From assembly GCA_963662625.1 (NCBI GenBank), contig OY759726.1, positions 1,056,001-1,120,000 on the forward strand: DNA of 64,000 nt, written 5' to 3'. Under the pieces are notes generated by a model, which saw nothing but the letters and a program-made list of their open reading frames with translations, ran no database searches and was not told the DNA's origin. How positions within the stretch are numbered: position 1 is the stretch's first letter; each line of letters starts with the position of its first letter. Shown piece after piece: positions 47,788-57,836 of this stretch. Source of the DNA: Nitrosopumilus sp. (GTDB lineage Archaea; Thermoproteota; Nitrososphaeria; Nitrososphaerales; Nitrosopumilaceae). The position numbers and the translations under genes are program-made.

Positions 47788-48255
47788 TTGAGTGCCTCGA
47801 CGACCAGCCACGCATACGGGGTAGGCATAATCGCGATGTTGATCGGGGTGTCTGTGGCAGTCATCTTCTACCAAGTGTACTACCTTCCAGAGTCACTGGC
47901 AAAGCCGTCAGTCGACGAGCACGTGCTGCATCCCACCGAGACCACGCACATCGAGATGATCCTCGGCTCTGACCAGCCCGATCAGGAGGACAACTACGTG
48001 CCCAAGCTCGTAAACCTGCAGCTGGGGGTGGACAACCGCGTGGTGTGGGAGAACAAGGACAACACCCCGCACACCGTCACCCCCGACGCCCACCGCCACG
48101 AGGACTCTTACAGCGGCGTCTTTGGCACCAGCGGCGTGATAATGCAAGGGGAAACGTACGAGTTCCTGTTCACGGAGCCCCAAGAGGTCCCCTACCACTG
48201 CCAGCCGCACCCCTGGATGAAGGGGACGATCATAGTCACCAAGCAGAGGTTCTAG
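47788..48255 (+). CDS. Membrane-anchored plastocyanin-like blue copper protein
   Basis: N-terminal TM; WENKDNTPHTVT, YHCQPHPWMKG. Confidence 0.92.
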   Translation: MSASTTSHAYGVGIIAMLIGVSVAVIFYQVYYLPESLAKPSVDEHVLHPTETTHIEMILGSDQPDQEDNYVPKLVNLQLGVDNRVVWENKDNTPHTVTPDAHRHEDSYSGVFGTSGVIMQGETYEFLFTEPQEVPYHCQPHPWMKGTIIVTKQRF

Positions 48256-48602
48256 CCCGAGTACTCTGCGAATACCACCTGGCTGTCGATCTCCTTGTGC
48301 TGCTCGATGATCGACGCCCTGAACTTTACCTCGTGCGCCCGCTCCGGCTCGAACCCGATCGTGGCGGTAAACTCGGCCCTGTCCTCCGGCATGGCCTTCC
48401 TGTCTATGAACAGCCTGGCCACGTTCCTCGTGATGCCCTTCCCGTTGTATGACTTGTAGGTGACGTGCTCGTTAGAGTCCGCAATCTGGGTGCTGATCAC
48501 CACCCCGTCGTACCTTCCCGGGTAGGACACCCTGACGGTCCCCCTTATCTCCGAGCCGGGCAGGATCTTCTCAGGCTCCACGCTGAACTCTATGTCCTTC
48601 AC
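48252..48602 (-). CDS. Hypothetical protein
   Basis: GTG start (KDIEFSVEP...), GC3-rich, beta-sandwich-like pattern. Confidence 0.7.
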   Translation of the reverse strand: MKDIEFSVEPEKILPGSEIRGTVRVSYPGRYDGVVISTQIADSNEHVTYKSYNGKGITRNVARLFIDRKAMPEDRAEFTATIGFEPERAHEVKFRASIIEQHKEIDSQVVFAEYSG

Positions 48603-48801
48603 GACAACCCTCCGCCCCGCCGGATAAAAAATTTTGCCGGCGGGTATCCCAGCGGGTATCCCGGCGCACGGGGGCGTCCGGGGCAACGGTGCGCGTGGCA
48701 TAACCGCGGGCGGCAGCCGGGCCCCTGCCTGCAGGCGCAGGCGGCGCCCGGGGCCGCCGTGCCTGCCGGCCTGGCGCCGCCCCGGCCCTACTTAATGTTG
48801 G

Positions 48802-48873
48802 TGGACCGGGGGGGAATCGAACCCCCGACCCCCTCGTTGCGAACGAGGAATTATGCCACTAAACCACCGGCCC
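48802..48873 (-). tRNA. tRNA-Ala (CGC)
   Basis: GGGCCGG/CCGGTCC acceptor with G3:U70; CCTCG-TT-CGC-AA-CGAGG; followed by CCA. Confidence 0.93.
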
Positions 48874-49009
48874 ACGTACCCTCCCCGTGGGATCCACTTT
48901 TATTCATTTTCTCGGAGCCCCTGCGCCCCGGCGCACGGGCAGGAAGGGCCTCCACCCGACCCAGGGCCCGCCGCCCTCAACGCATAATAGATGCCGGGGG
49001 TGAAATTTT

Positions 49010-50422
49010 TTGATGACGTACGACGCCGTGGTCACGGGATCGCACATAGTCCTGCCCGAGGGCATCCTGGATAAAAACATCGTCATCGACGAGGGGAAGA
49101 TAGTCGGGTTCACCAGCGACGTCCCCCAGTGCGACCGCAGGATCTGCGGCGACGGCCTGGTGTCCGTCCCGGGTCCAATAGACACGCACGTCCACTACGG
49201 CGTGTACTCGCCGATCGACCAGGCCGCGAGGACGGAGTCGCACGCGGCCGCGATCGGCGGAATCACGACCATGATGCGGATGCTCCGGCTGGGCCCCCCC
49301 TTCACCGAGTCCCTCGACGAGCAGCTGGACGCGTCGTCGGGCTCCCACCACGTGGACTATACGGCGCACGCGTCGGTCTTCACCGGCCGGCAGGTCGAGG
49401 AGATGGGCTACTGCGTCGAGAGGGGGATCACGTCCTTCAAGATCTACATGAACCTCGGGGGAGATCTGGGGCACGTCTACATGGACATGCCCCCGCATTC
49501 CTCGGAACTGGCGGCCGCAAGCGTCGACGTCAACGACGCCCTCGTCGAGCAGACCGTGAGGAAGGCAGCATCCCTGGGGTGTCCCGTCCTAGTGCACGCC
49601 GAGGACCACGAGTCGTGCGCGTGTGGGATGAGGACCGCCAGGGAAAAAAACCAGGACGGGCTGCCCGCGTGGTCTGCCAGCCGCAGCCCCGAATACGAGG
49701 CCAAGGCCATCAGGACCGTGTGCAAGTTCGGCCGAGACTACGGCTGCGCGATATACCTGGTGCACATCGGGTCGCGGGCTGCACTCGAGCAGGCCGCGAC
49801 GGAGAGGCGGCTCGGCACGAGGGTCTTCGTCGAGACATGCCCCCACTACCTCTCCCTGTCACACGACACTCAGGACGGCCACCTGGCGAAAGTCATGCCG
49901 CCCATCAGGACCAGGCGGGACAACGAGGCGGTGTGGGACGCCCTCCGAAGGGACGTGGTCGACACGGTGGGTACGGATCACGTGGCGAACCGGCTCGAGA
50001 TGAAGCTCGGGGACGGCGACGTCTGGAGCGCCCTGGCCGGGTTTCCGGGGATAGGGACGGCGGTCCCGATCCTGCTGAGCGAGGGGGTCAACAGGGGCAG
50101 GATCTCGCTGGAGCAGTTTGTCCGGGTTTCCAGCCTCAACGCGGCGCGGATATTCGGGATGTATCCGAAAAAAGGGGCGCTCGCGAGGGGCTCCGACGCA
50201 GACATCGCGCTGCTCGACCTGAAACTCCGGCGGAAGGCGACCCCGGAGCTGTTCGGGGGCTTCTCCGATTACCTGGTCTACGGGGGCATGGACCTTACCG
50301 GCTGGCCCGTCAAGACGGTGGTCCGCGGCATGCTGGTGTCCGAGGACTTTGAGGTCGTCGGCAAGCCGGGCCACGGAATGCTGGTGGCGCGTCCCGCGCC
50401 TAGCGGCCAGCCGGCCGCCTGA
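49010..50422 (+). CDS. Dihydroorotase/allantoinase-like cyclic amidohydrolase
   Basis: PGPIDTHVH, SFKIYM, VHAED, ETCPHYL, PPIR, GTDH, GSDAD. Confidence 0.88.
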   Translation: MMTYDAVVTGSHIVLPEGILDKNIVIDEGKIVGFTSDVPQCDRRICGDGLVSVPGPIDTHVHYGVYSPIDQAARTESHAAAIGGITTMMRMLRLGPPFTESLDEQLDASSGSHHVDYTAHASVFTGRQVEEMGYCVERGITSFKIYMNLGGDLGHVYMDMPPHSSELAAASVDVNDALVEQTVRKAASLGCPVLVHAEDHESCACGMRTAREKNQDGLPAWSASRSPEYEAKAIRTVCKFGRDYGCAIYLVHIGSRAALEQAATERRLGTRVFVETCPHYLSLSHDTQDGHLAKVMPPIRTRRDNEAVWDALRRDVVDTVGTDHVANRLEMKLGDGDVWSALAGFPGIGTAVPILLSEGVNRGRISLEQFVRVSSLNAARIFGMYPKKGALARGSDADIALLDLKLRRKATPELFGGFSDYLVYGGMDLTGWPVKTVVRGMLVSEDFEVVGKPGHGMLVARPAPSGQPAA

Positions 50423-51092
50423 CGACGTCGAACTTCCCGCCGGCCCTTGCCTTGTACGCGATGTCGGGCCTCCTCAGGAATATCCCGGACTCCATGACGC
50501 CCGAGACCGCCATGATCCTCCGCGTGAGGGCCCCCGGGTCCCTTACCGTCCCAAAGTCGCAGTCCAGTATGACGTTGCCGTTCTCCGTGAAGAACGGGTA
50601 CCCCCTGTCAAGCAGGCGCAGCGAGGGCCTGCCCCCCATCCCCCCGACCGCGTCTGCTGCCAGGCGCCTCGCCTGCGGGTGGACCTCGACCGGGACGGCC
50701 TTCGTGAGGTTCCGCGCGAATTTCGTCTCGTCTGCCAGGACCACCACCTTTCTTGCCAGGCTGAACATGATGCTCTCCCGCAGGAGCGCCCCCCCGCCGC
50801 CCTTTATGACGTAGTTCCTAGAATCCACCTGGTCGGCGCCGTCGAACATCACGTCGATGTGCCCCACCTGGTCTGCCCCGACGGTGGCGATCCCGTGCCT
50901 CTCTGCGACCATCTTGATCTGCAGCGACGTGGGCACCCCGGTGACCTCGTAATTCTTCACGCTTGCAAGCCTCGCCAGCGACTCCACCAGGACGGCCGCC
51001 GCCCTTCCGCTCCCGAGCCCGACGACGTCCCTGTCCCTTACCATCTTCAGGGCATCAGAGGCGGACGCCCTCAGGGCACCGTCGTATGCCAC
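50400..51092 (-). CDS. rpiA: Ribose-5-phosphate isomerase A
   Basis: GLGSG, DGADQV, IKGGGGALLRE, VPVEV, TENGN. Confidence 0.95.
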   Translation of the reverse strand: MAYDGALRASASDALKMVRDRDVVGLGSGRAAAVLVESLARLASVKNYEVTGVPTSLQIKMVAERHGIATVGADQVGHIDVMFDGADQVDSRNYVIKGGGGALLRESIMFSLARKVVVLADETKFARNLTKAVPVEVHPQARRLAADAVGGMGGRPSLRLLDRGYPFFTENGNVILDCDFGTVRDPGALTRRIMAVSGVMESGIFLRRPDIAYKARAGGKFDVVRRPAGR

Positions 51093-52094
51093 TCACTCCA
51101 CTTCCGCCTGGTCGATCCTGGATAGTGCCTTTGCGATGTCGTCCTTGATCTTGGCGAGATCGTCCGAGCCGTCGTCAAAGTCGTCGTCAAGCGGCGGCTC
51201 TGTGGCCTGCGGTCCAGGCAGCGCCTTGTGCCTGTTGACCCTTGCGACCTCCCTGTCGATGTCCGGCCTCCCACCTGACACTCCGGGCCTCCCGGATCCC
51301 GCCGGCGCGGCCGGCGCCCCGCTGGCGGCGCGCTGCCCCGCCACGGCCTTGGCCTCCTGCCTTGCGGGGGCGGGCCGCGCGGCGGCCGGCCTGGCTGGCC
51401 TTTGGACGCTTGCTGGCCTTTCGGGCTTTGCGGCCTTTCCCGGAAGTTCCTCAAAGGTCGGGGGCCCGGCCTTTCCCGGCAGCCTGGTCAGGGTGGTCAG
51501 TTCCACCGACTGGGCCGCCTTTGCGGCTGGGGCACGTGCCCCCGCCTCCGATGCGGGCGCGGGCCTTCCCGGCGCCTTTTCTGCCCCCGGCTTCTTGGCA
51601 TCGACGGTTGCCTTGGGGGGTGCCTCCTTGCCGGTCCCCCCGGTGGCAGACGCCCCGCCCGCGCCGGTAGGCTTCCCGGTGGGAGCGGCCCCCGCGGCCG
51701 CAATCCTGGACGATATCTCGTACAGCCTGTCGTCCATCTTGGACAGCTTCTGGTCCATCAGCGTGATCAGCCCGTCCCCCACGGGCCCAAGGTCGGGATG
51801 CCTGCTTGCCTGCTCGAGCTTCTCCAGCTTGGCCAAGACGATCCCGAGCTGGTGCTGGTACCTTGCCAGCAGCTTTGCCCGGTGGATCCCGGGGTATTCG
51901 GCCTCCGACTGGTACAGCCTCGTGATGGTCTTCGCGAGTATGTCTTTTTCGACCTCCAGCGAGCTAACCTGGCTCTTGATGTGGGAGCTGGCGCCCATGC
52001 TGAGCAGCCGCGGCCCGTGCCTGGGAATCCTGCGCACGGCGGCGGCGGTGGCTATGCCCGCCAGCGAGCTGAGGACGAGGGCTATTTCCTGCAT
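51093..52094 (-). CDS. Hypothetical protein with coiled coil and low-complexity Ala/Pro linker
   Basis: Operon position between L37e and rpiA; globular ends, disordered middle. Confidence 0.7.
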   Translation of the reverse strand: MQEIALVLSSLAGIATAAAVRRIPRHGPRLLSMGASSHIKSQVSSLEVEKDILAKTITRLYQSEAEYPGIHRAKLLARYQHQLGIVLAKLEKLEQASRHPDLGPVGDGLITLMDQKLSKMDDRLYEISSRIAAAGAAPTGKPTGAGGASATGGTGKEAPPKATVDAKKPGAEKAPGRPAPASEAGARAPAAKAAQSVELTTLTRLPGKAGPPTFEELPGKAAKPERPASVQRPARPAAARPAPARQEAKAVAGQRAASGAPAAPAGSGRPGVSGGRPDIDREVARVNRHKALPGPQATEPPLDDDFDDGSDDLAKIKDDIAKALSRIDQAEVE

Positions 52095-52262
52095 CTACGT
52101 GTACCACTTGATCCAGGAGTACTTCCTGCGTTTGGCGTCGGGGAAACCGCAGCTTGCGCACCGGTGGTGCCTCTTGTGGAGGGAGTTCTTGCCGCACCTC
52201 CTGCACCTTATGTGGACCTTCTTCTTCGTAAAGCCACCCATGGAGGTAGTGCCCTTGGTCAT
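52095..52262 (-). CDS. rpl37e: 50S ribosomal protein L37e (below the ORF-track cutoff)
   Basis: MTKGTTSMG...[11 protein letters not shown]...CASCGFP...RKYSW. Confidence 0.96.
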   Translation of the reverse strand: MTKGTTSMGGFTKKKVHIRCRRCGKNSLHKRHHRCASCGFPDAKRRKYSWIKWYT

Positions 52263-52271
52263 CAGCACCAC

Positions 52272-52508
52272 CTAGTTTGCTGCCGGGGGCGGCGAGATCA
52301 TCACTACGTTGTCCCCCCGCACCACGATGGTCCCCAGATCCTTGGAATCGCCTTCAGTAGGGATCTCTTCTGAAGAGTCGAGTAGCAGGTTCATGTGCTG
52401 GTCAAACCCGAGCAGGTTGCCGCGGATCGTCTTGTTACCCTTGATCTTTATCAACACGACCTGGTTGATGCTCTCAGCCAGCACTTTTACTGCCATATCA
52501 ACGGACAT
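52272..52508 (-). CDS. Sm-like archaeal protein (Lsm/SmAP)
   Basis: [14 protein letters not shown] and VVRGDNV Sm motifs; adjacent to L37e. Confidence 0.95.
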   Translation of the reverse strand: MSVDMAVKVLAESINQVVLIKIKGNKTIRGNLLGFDQHMNLLLDSSEEIPTEGDSKDLGTIVVRGDNVVMISPPPAAN

Positions 52509-52565
52509 TCACTTCACTTATTGGCTCTGATAACGAGGGATTATATTAAAATTTCATTGGTGAAA

Positions 52566-53288
52566 CTATGCGCCGCGCCCTGTAAGGCAAGTTTGACACC
52601 TTTTTTCCAGGTTTTCCACGATCTCGGCCAGCATGGCCAGCCCGTCGGCCCTCGTCGCCCCCGTGGGATCCCCCCAGACCCCGTTCTTCGTCGCCTCCGG
52701 GAACGACCTTGAAGCGAGGCGGCCCAGCCGGGCGACCTCCCCCTCGTCCAGCCCGTCGGTGACCAGCCCCCTCCGGGCCAGATCCATCCTGACGCCGCCC
52801 GAGACTGCCAGCATCAGCGACGTCTCGGCAAACCCCGCGTGGTCGAACTCCCTCTGCATGAAGTGCCAGTACGAGAACACGTGGACCCTGGGCCCGCCCC
52901 CCGGAGGCGCCCCGGCATCCTCGCCGACGCCCCTCACGGCCCCCATGTTCCCGTGGTGCCCGTTGATCACGAAGACCGTGCCGACGCCGTTCTCGTACAG
53001 CGAGCCACACAGGTCGGCCACCACCCGGCGCAGGGTGTCCTCCCCCACGCTAAGCTGGAAGAACGGGGCGTGCTCAAACGACACGCCGTAGCTGATGGTC
53101 GGGAGGAGCAGGAACCCCGCCCTCTCCGCCAGCCGTTCCGAGACGGCAGAGACGATGTCGGAGTCGGTGGATACTGGCAGGTGCGGCCCGTGCTGCTCCG
53201 TGGAGCCCACCGGGATGACCGCCGCCGGGCGCTCCTCCCTGATGAGGGCCCTCAGGCCGGGATCCAGTTGGGAGCTGACGTCGGTCAT
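52566..53288 (-). CDS. Creatininase/ArfB-family amidohydrolase
   Basis: PVGSTEQHGPHLP.TD, GVSFEH, NGHHGN, DHAGFAETS. Confidence 0.9.
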   Translation of the reverse strand: MTDVSSQLDPGLRALIREERPAAVIPVGSTEQHGPHLPVSTDSDIVSAVSERLAERAGFLLLPTISYGVSFEHAPFFQLSVGEDTLRRVVADLCGSLYENGVGTVFVINGHHGNMGAVRGVGEDAGAPPGGGPRVHVFSYWHFMQREFDHAGFAETSLMLAVSGGVRMDLARRGLVTDGLDEGEVARLGRLASRSFPEATKNGVWGDPTGATRADGLAMLAEIVENLEKRCQTCLTGRGA

Positions 53289-53293
53289 CTGCC

Positions 53294-54139
53294 TCACTTG
53301 GACTTGACGTGCACCTTTCTCCAGCGCACGTCGAGCTTGTTCTCCAGGTGCGCCCTCACCGCCTTTAGGAGCGTCCGCGCCTCCATCTTCTGGCCCTTGG
53401 ACTTTATCTTCTCCAGGGTGTCGCCGGGGTCTGCCTTGAACGAGTCCTGGAAGATTATCGGCCCCTGGTCCAGGTTTTCGGTCACGTAGTGGGCGGTGAC
53501 CCCGACGATCTTGGTCCCCCTCTCGTACGCCTGCGCGTACGCCAGCGCCCCCGGAAACGCTGGCAGCAGCGACGGGTGTATGTTGATGATCCTGTCCGGG
53601 TACCTCCACACGAAGTTGGGGCTGAGGATCCTCATGTACCTTGCAAGCACGATCAGGTCGACGTCGTACTTGGCGCACGCCCGGATGATCCTCTCCTCGG
53701 CCTCCTCCTGGTTCTTTTCCACGACCGTTATGAACGGAACCCCGGCCTTTTTTGCTACCGGTTCCAACGCCTTCTCCGTCCCGATCACCACCGCGATGTT
53801 GCCCCTTAGGGACTTCTTCTTGGACGCGGCAAGGATGGTCCGCAGGCAAAGCGGCTCCTTCGTCACGAACACCGCGATGTTCTTCCGGGAGTTCTTTTCG
53901 TGGTTGGTGCTCACGTCCATCCCGGTCCTCCTAGCGAGCTCCTGGACCTGCGAGTCGAACCTGCCCGCGTTGATCTTCCTTGTAAACGAGGCCTCCAGGT
54001 ACATCCCGAACAGGCCCTTGACGACGTTCTGGTTCACCTTCTCGATGTTCCCGTGCTTCTCGAATACGAAGTTTGTAAACGCGGCCACTATGCCCTCCCT
54101 GTCCCTGCCGACCACCGTGATTCCTATGACCGTCTTCAT
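53294..54139 (-). CDS. purU: Formyltetrahydrofolate deformylase
   Basis: N-terminal ACT domain, LARYMRIL, INIHPSLLPAFPGA, LDQGPII. Confidence 0.93.
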   Translation of the reverse strand: MKTVIGITVVGRDREGIVAAFTNFVFEKHGNIEKVNQNVVKGLFGMYLEASFTRKINAGRFDSQVQELARRTGMDVSTNHEKNSRKNIAVFVTKEPLCLRTILAASKKKSLRGNIAVVIGTEKALEPVAKKAGVPFITVVEKNQEEAEERIIRACAKYDVDLIVLARYMRILSPNFVWRYPDRIINIHPSLLPAFPGALAYAQAYERGTKIVGVTAHYVTENLDQGPIIFQDSFKADPGDTLEKIKSKGQKMEARTLLKAVRAHLENKLDVRWRKVHVKSK

Positions 54140-54240
54140 GGCTTTTTTAGGTCGGCGCCCTCTCATTATTAATCATTCACAGGGCCGGCACGAGCCCGCG
54201 CCAGGCAGGGGGGCATCGGCATCGCGCGCGGGGGCCGTGG

Positions 54241-54325
54241 TGCGGGAGATGGGATTCGAACCCATGAACTCCTGAGAGATAGGGTCCTAAGCCCTACGCC
54301 TTTGGCCGGGCTGGGCAACTCCCGC
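54241..54325 (-). tRNA. tRNA-Leu (TAG)
   Basis: GCGGGAG/CTCCCGC acceptor; TAGGG-CT-TAG-GA-CCCTA; long variable arm; followed by CCA. Confidence 0.95.
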
Positions 54326-54423
54326 AACGGGTCTGCCGGTTCCCGCAAAGTTAACTGTTGCGGGGGCCGGGCGCGCCATTTGCGCCGGACGGCAGCCGGC
54401 CTCGCCCGGGACTATCCCCCCGC

Positions 54424-54610
54424 GCGCCGTGGAGCTGGCGCCATCCGGTGCGCCGTGGAGCTGGCGCCATCCGGTGCGCCGTGGAGCTGGCGCCATCCGG
54501 TGCGCCGTGGAGCTGGCGCCATCCGGTGCGCCGTGGAGCTGGCGCCATCCGGTGCACCGTGGAGCTGGCGCCATCCGGTGCGCCGTGGAGCTGGCGCCAT
54601 CCGGTGCACC
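54424..54610. repeat. 26-bp non-coding tandem repeat, 7 copies
   Basis: GCGCCGTGGAGCTGGCGCCATCCGGT x7 (one GCACC variant) plus a partial copy. Confidence 0.95.
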
Positions 54611-54638
54611 ATGGGCCATCATCATGTGTGATGGTAGC

Positions 54639-54744
54639 CTGGCGTGGGCCTTGGGATCATTCAACTCTTGCACACAGCACGGGCCCGCCCTCCAGCATCC
54701 CCGACGTGGCCACTGGCGTGGGCCTTGGGATCATTCCACTCTTG
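54639..54744. repeat. Pair of 32-bp direct repeats separated by 42 bp
   Basis: CTGGCGTGGGCCTTGGGATCATTC(A/C)ACTCTTG at 54639-54670 and 54713-54744. Confidence 0.85.
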
Positions 54745-55008
54745 TACAGCCACAGGCATGGCATGCACATGTATGAGAGGAGAACCTGCCCCCAGGCTTG
54801 GCGGTTTCTTCATGGGGGCGATACAGGGATAGCTCGGCATCGGATCTTTTGACCAAAGATTGTAGTCCTTGCTGCGGGCCTAGTCTGATGTCACGTACTA
54901 CTGGCACGAAGCCGTTGATCGGCATTCTTCATCTAGGCGCGGATATGCATAGGATGGGTTTGTGCGGGTTTTCTCGCCGAATTCCAAGGATGCGCACATA
55001 CCCATGCA

Positions 55009-55530
55009 CTAAAAAACAAACTTGTGCCAGACGTACCTGAAAGAATCATTTTGTTTCTTTGCGACCTTTACATCGAATCGTTTCAATATCTCTTGCATGA
55101 AATCAATTCTAGAATCATGTTTGCCCAATCTGTTATGTTCAAACATTTCCTTTGATATCCCTTCTGTATTGGGATAAAACGGTATTCTTAATTTACGGGT
55201 GCTCGCACGATCCAGGCCGGCGAGATACCAGCTCTCGATTTCTTTTTTTGCTACCGCGATTTTCGCAAAACCAGCACCAGGTATTTTGTTTTTCAAAATC
55301 GTTTTGCTTTCTGTGATGCATTGGGACGTGTCAAAATCCGCAAATATGACGTATTCGGAATCTGCACGTTTTAAAGAATTCAACATGGACTCTATGGCTT
55401 TTTTGGGCCGTTCTGCATACAGATAGGTCACAATCTTGTCATATTTTTTTGCGAGTTCGGATTTTAGCACACGGTTGAAGAACCGCTCATCATCTGTGCC
55501 TTCTAATAGCACAAACAGGAATCTAGGCAA
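55009..55530 (-). CDS. TOPRIM-like protein (DUF4435/DUF4276-like), putative nuclease partner of the ATPase
   Basis: VLLEGTDD (EGxxD), FADFD (DxD), KEIESWYL; low GC; abuts the ATPase stop. Confidence 0.7.
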   Translation of the reverse strand: MPRFLFVLLEGTDDERFFNRVLKSELAKKYDKIVTYLYAERPKKAIESMLNSLKRADSEYVIFADFDTSQCITESKTILKNKIPGAGFAKIAVAKKEIESWYLAGLDRASTRKLRIPFYPNTEGISKEMFEHNRLGKHDSRIDFMQEILKRFDVKVAKKQNDSFRYVWHKFVF

Positions 55531-56823
55531 TTAACTCCCTAAAATATTCTGCACGTAAAGTTCTTCCACCTCCATTTCGTTCTCCAGGAACACCTTGATT
55601 TCTTCTTGATCCGAGGACTTTATTATCTCAGAATGGCCCTCGGAATCTCGCCGTACTGTAAAGAGGTTTTCCAGGCCGGCATACCTCACAATTTCGGGAT
55701 TGTGCGTTGTGATCATTATCTGTCTCAATGATGATGCATCGTTCATCATTTCCATGACTCTGGCAATCAAGGATGGGTGGATGTTCCGTTCCGGTTCTTC
55801 AACTATGGTTAACGCGTTGTCCTGAAAATAAAGGGCTACTACCAACGCGGTAATGTTGATTGTGCCATCAGAGATCAATGAGGATGGCAAGGCGCGTTTC
55901 TTAAAATAATTTTCCGTCAGGGTGAACAAAACGGATCTGTCTGCGATGTTTTCTGTGTTGACTGATTGTACAAACGGTAGCATGTCTGTTATGATGTTGG
56001 AAAATTTACGCCTGTCGGCATTGTTGGAGATCACATCCTTGACAATGATCGCAAGGTTGGATCCGTCTTCGTTTAACTCCACCTTGCCCGTTAATGGGGC
56101 TGCCCTCTTGGCTAATTTTGGATCAAAATCATAAACTGCCATGTCGGAAAAAAAGTCAGGGATTGCCGGAAAAAAGTAGTCTAGAGTAGACCCGTACTCC
56201 AAAAGCAATTTTTTGCCAGGTATGCGATCACTATACAGGTATTTGCTTAAATTCAAACTTGGTGGGGAGTTTTCATTTGACATATGTATGCTGTGTTGAA
56301 CTTTTCCATCCTTCGTTGTGAGTTCAAAACATCCCGTGTCTACCGGCCCGATGCTTTTGAATTCGCCGCGTGGGCTCCTTTTTAAATCCTCCCGTTTGTA
56401 TGCGGCTATGTCCACTTTCCATGTGTCCCGCATTATTTTGAACCCTGATTTTTTGCCTAATCGCAATTCAAATTCCCACGTGGCTCCCATGTACGCCATA
56501 ATCCGAAGTTTGGGCTCTGCCTTGAACGGCATTCTCATGAGTGCCGCCTGCGGAAGGGTTACTTTAAGCTCTATTACCAAATTCTGCCCGTGCTCTAATT
56601 TGAAGTTGCGAAGATATTCGATTCCGCCCTGCAATGAAATGGCGTTGTCCAACCCCTGTTCCCGCACGTCTTTTAGAAATTTAAAAATTTGAACAAAATT
56701 AGACTTTCCAGAGGCATTCGCGCCGATGATTACGTTGAACCGTTTTAGCTCGATGTTTATTTCCTGAAAGCTCTTAAAATTCTTGACTGTGAGGCGTTCT
56801 AAATAAGGAAAGTCTGCCATCAA
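55531..56823 (-). CDS. ABC/AAA_21-type ATPase (SMC/OLD-like)
   Basis: VKNFKSF, IIGANASGKSN, ISDGT signature, IVEEPERNIHP, QIMITTHNP; low GC. Confidence 0.88.
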   Translation of the reverse strand: MMADFPYLERLTVKNFKSFQEINIELKRFNVIIGANASGKSNFVQIFKFLKDVREQGLDNAISLQGGIEYLRNFKLEHGQNLVIELKVTLPQAALMRMPFKAEPKLRIMAYMGATWEFELRLGKKSGFKIMRDTWKVDIAAYKREDLKRSPRGEFKSIGPVDTGCFELTTKDGKVQHSIHMSNENSPPSLNLSKYLYSDRIPGKKLLLEYGSTLDYFFPAIPDFFSDMAVYDFDPKLAKRAAPLTGKVELNEDGSNLAIIVKDVISNNADRRKFSNIITDMLPFVQSVNTENIADRSVLFTLTENYFKKRALPSSLISDGTINITALVVALYFQDNALTIVEEPERNIHPSLIARVMEMMNDASSLRQIMITTHNPEIVRYAGLENLFTVRRDSEGHSEIIKSSDQEEIKVFLENEMEVEELYVQNILGS

Positions 56824-56942
56824 TTAGTCACCGCTCTATTGCTTAATATTTTGATCGGGGTTTTGGCGTAATGCGGGATCTGGATCGCGCTTCTATGCAC
56901 AGGCCGCCAAAGTCATAAATAATTCTGGATGGCACCCAAGCC

Positions 56943-57809
56943 ATGAAGAGCCTGCGGGGGATGCTGAGCGCCGACGGGCCGGTCGTCATCCCGGGGGTCT
57001 ACGACGCGATAGGGGCAAAGATAGCGGAAAAGACCGGCTTTGACGCCATGTTCCAGACGGGGTACGGGACGTCCGCCTCCATGTTCGGGATGCCGGACTA
57101 CGGGTTCGTCGGGGCGGCCGAGACGGTCGACAACGCGAGGCGGATCTGCCGCGCGGTGTCCGTGCCGGTCATAGTGGACTCTGACACCGGGTACGGGAAC
57201 GCGCTCAGCGTGTGGAACCTGGTCAGGGAGCTAGAGTCGGCCGGCGCCGCGGGAATCTTCCTGGAGGACCAGCGGTGGCCCAAGAGGTGCGGGCACATGC
57301 AGGGAAAGGAGGTCGTCCCGCAGGAGGAGTACACGGAAAAGCTGGGAGCCGCAATCGACGCCAGGGGCAGCAGGGACTTTGTCATCGTGGCACGGACAGA
57401 CGCCCGGGCCACCGAGGGGCTTGACGCGGCAATCGAGCGCGGGAGGCAGAACAGGAAGACCGGGGCCGACGCCGTGTTCGTGGAGGCGCCGGAGAGCCTC
57501 GAGGAGATGGAGAAGATCGGCAGGTCGATCGACGCGCCCCTGGTGGCAAACATGATAGAGGGGGGAGCCACGCCGATCAGCCCGGCCGGCGATCTCTACA
57601 GGATGGGGTTCAAGGTCATCCTTTACCCGCTGTCGGTGCTGTTTGCGAGCGCGTCTGCCGCCATGAGGATACTGGGGGACCTGAAAGACGCCGGCACCAC
57701 CGCGAAATCCGGGCAGGAGGTGGTGGGCTTTGACCGGTTCAACGACCTGGTGGATCTTTCCAAGTTCCGCAGGCTCGAGCGAAAGTACGGATCCGCGAAA
57801 AGGCGCTAG
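56943..57809 (+). CDS. Isocitrate lyase/PEP mutase family (methylisocitrate lyase-like)
   Basis: PGVYD, DSDTGYG, LEDQRWPKRCGH, ARTDA, ANMIEGG. Confidence 0.9.
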   Translation: MKSLRGMLSADGPVVIPGVYDAIGAKIAEKTGFDAMFQTGYGTSASMFGMPDYGFVGAAETVDNARRICRAVSVPVIVDSDTGYGNALSVWNLVRELESAGAAGIFLEDQRWPKRCGHMQGKEVVPQEEYTEKLGAAIDARGSRDFVIVARTDARATEGLDAAIERGRQNRKTGADAVFVEAPESLEEMEKIGRSIDAPLVANMIEGGATPISPAGDLYRMGFKVILYPLSVLFASASAAMRILGDLKDAGTTAKSGQEVVGFDRFNDLVDLSKFRRLERKYGSAKRR

Positions 57810-57836
57810 CAGAAAAAGCTCAAGCAGAGCACACGG

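Noticed and set aside
45421-48255. Complex III with a cupredoxin instead of cytochrome c1 as a novelty
   Set aside because: Already described as the standard arrangement in ammonia-oxidising archaea
54424-54610. 26-bp array as CRISPR, or the repeat-derived ORFs as genes
   Set aside because: No spacers or cas genes; the unit is not a multiple of 3, so the ORFs just cycle through frames
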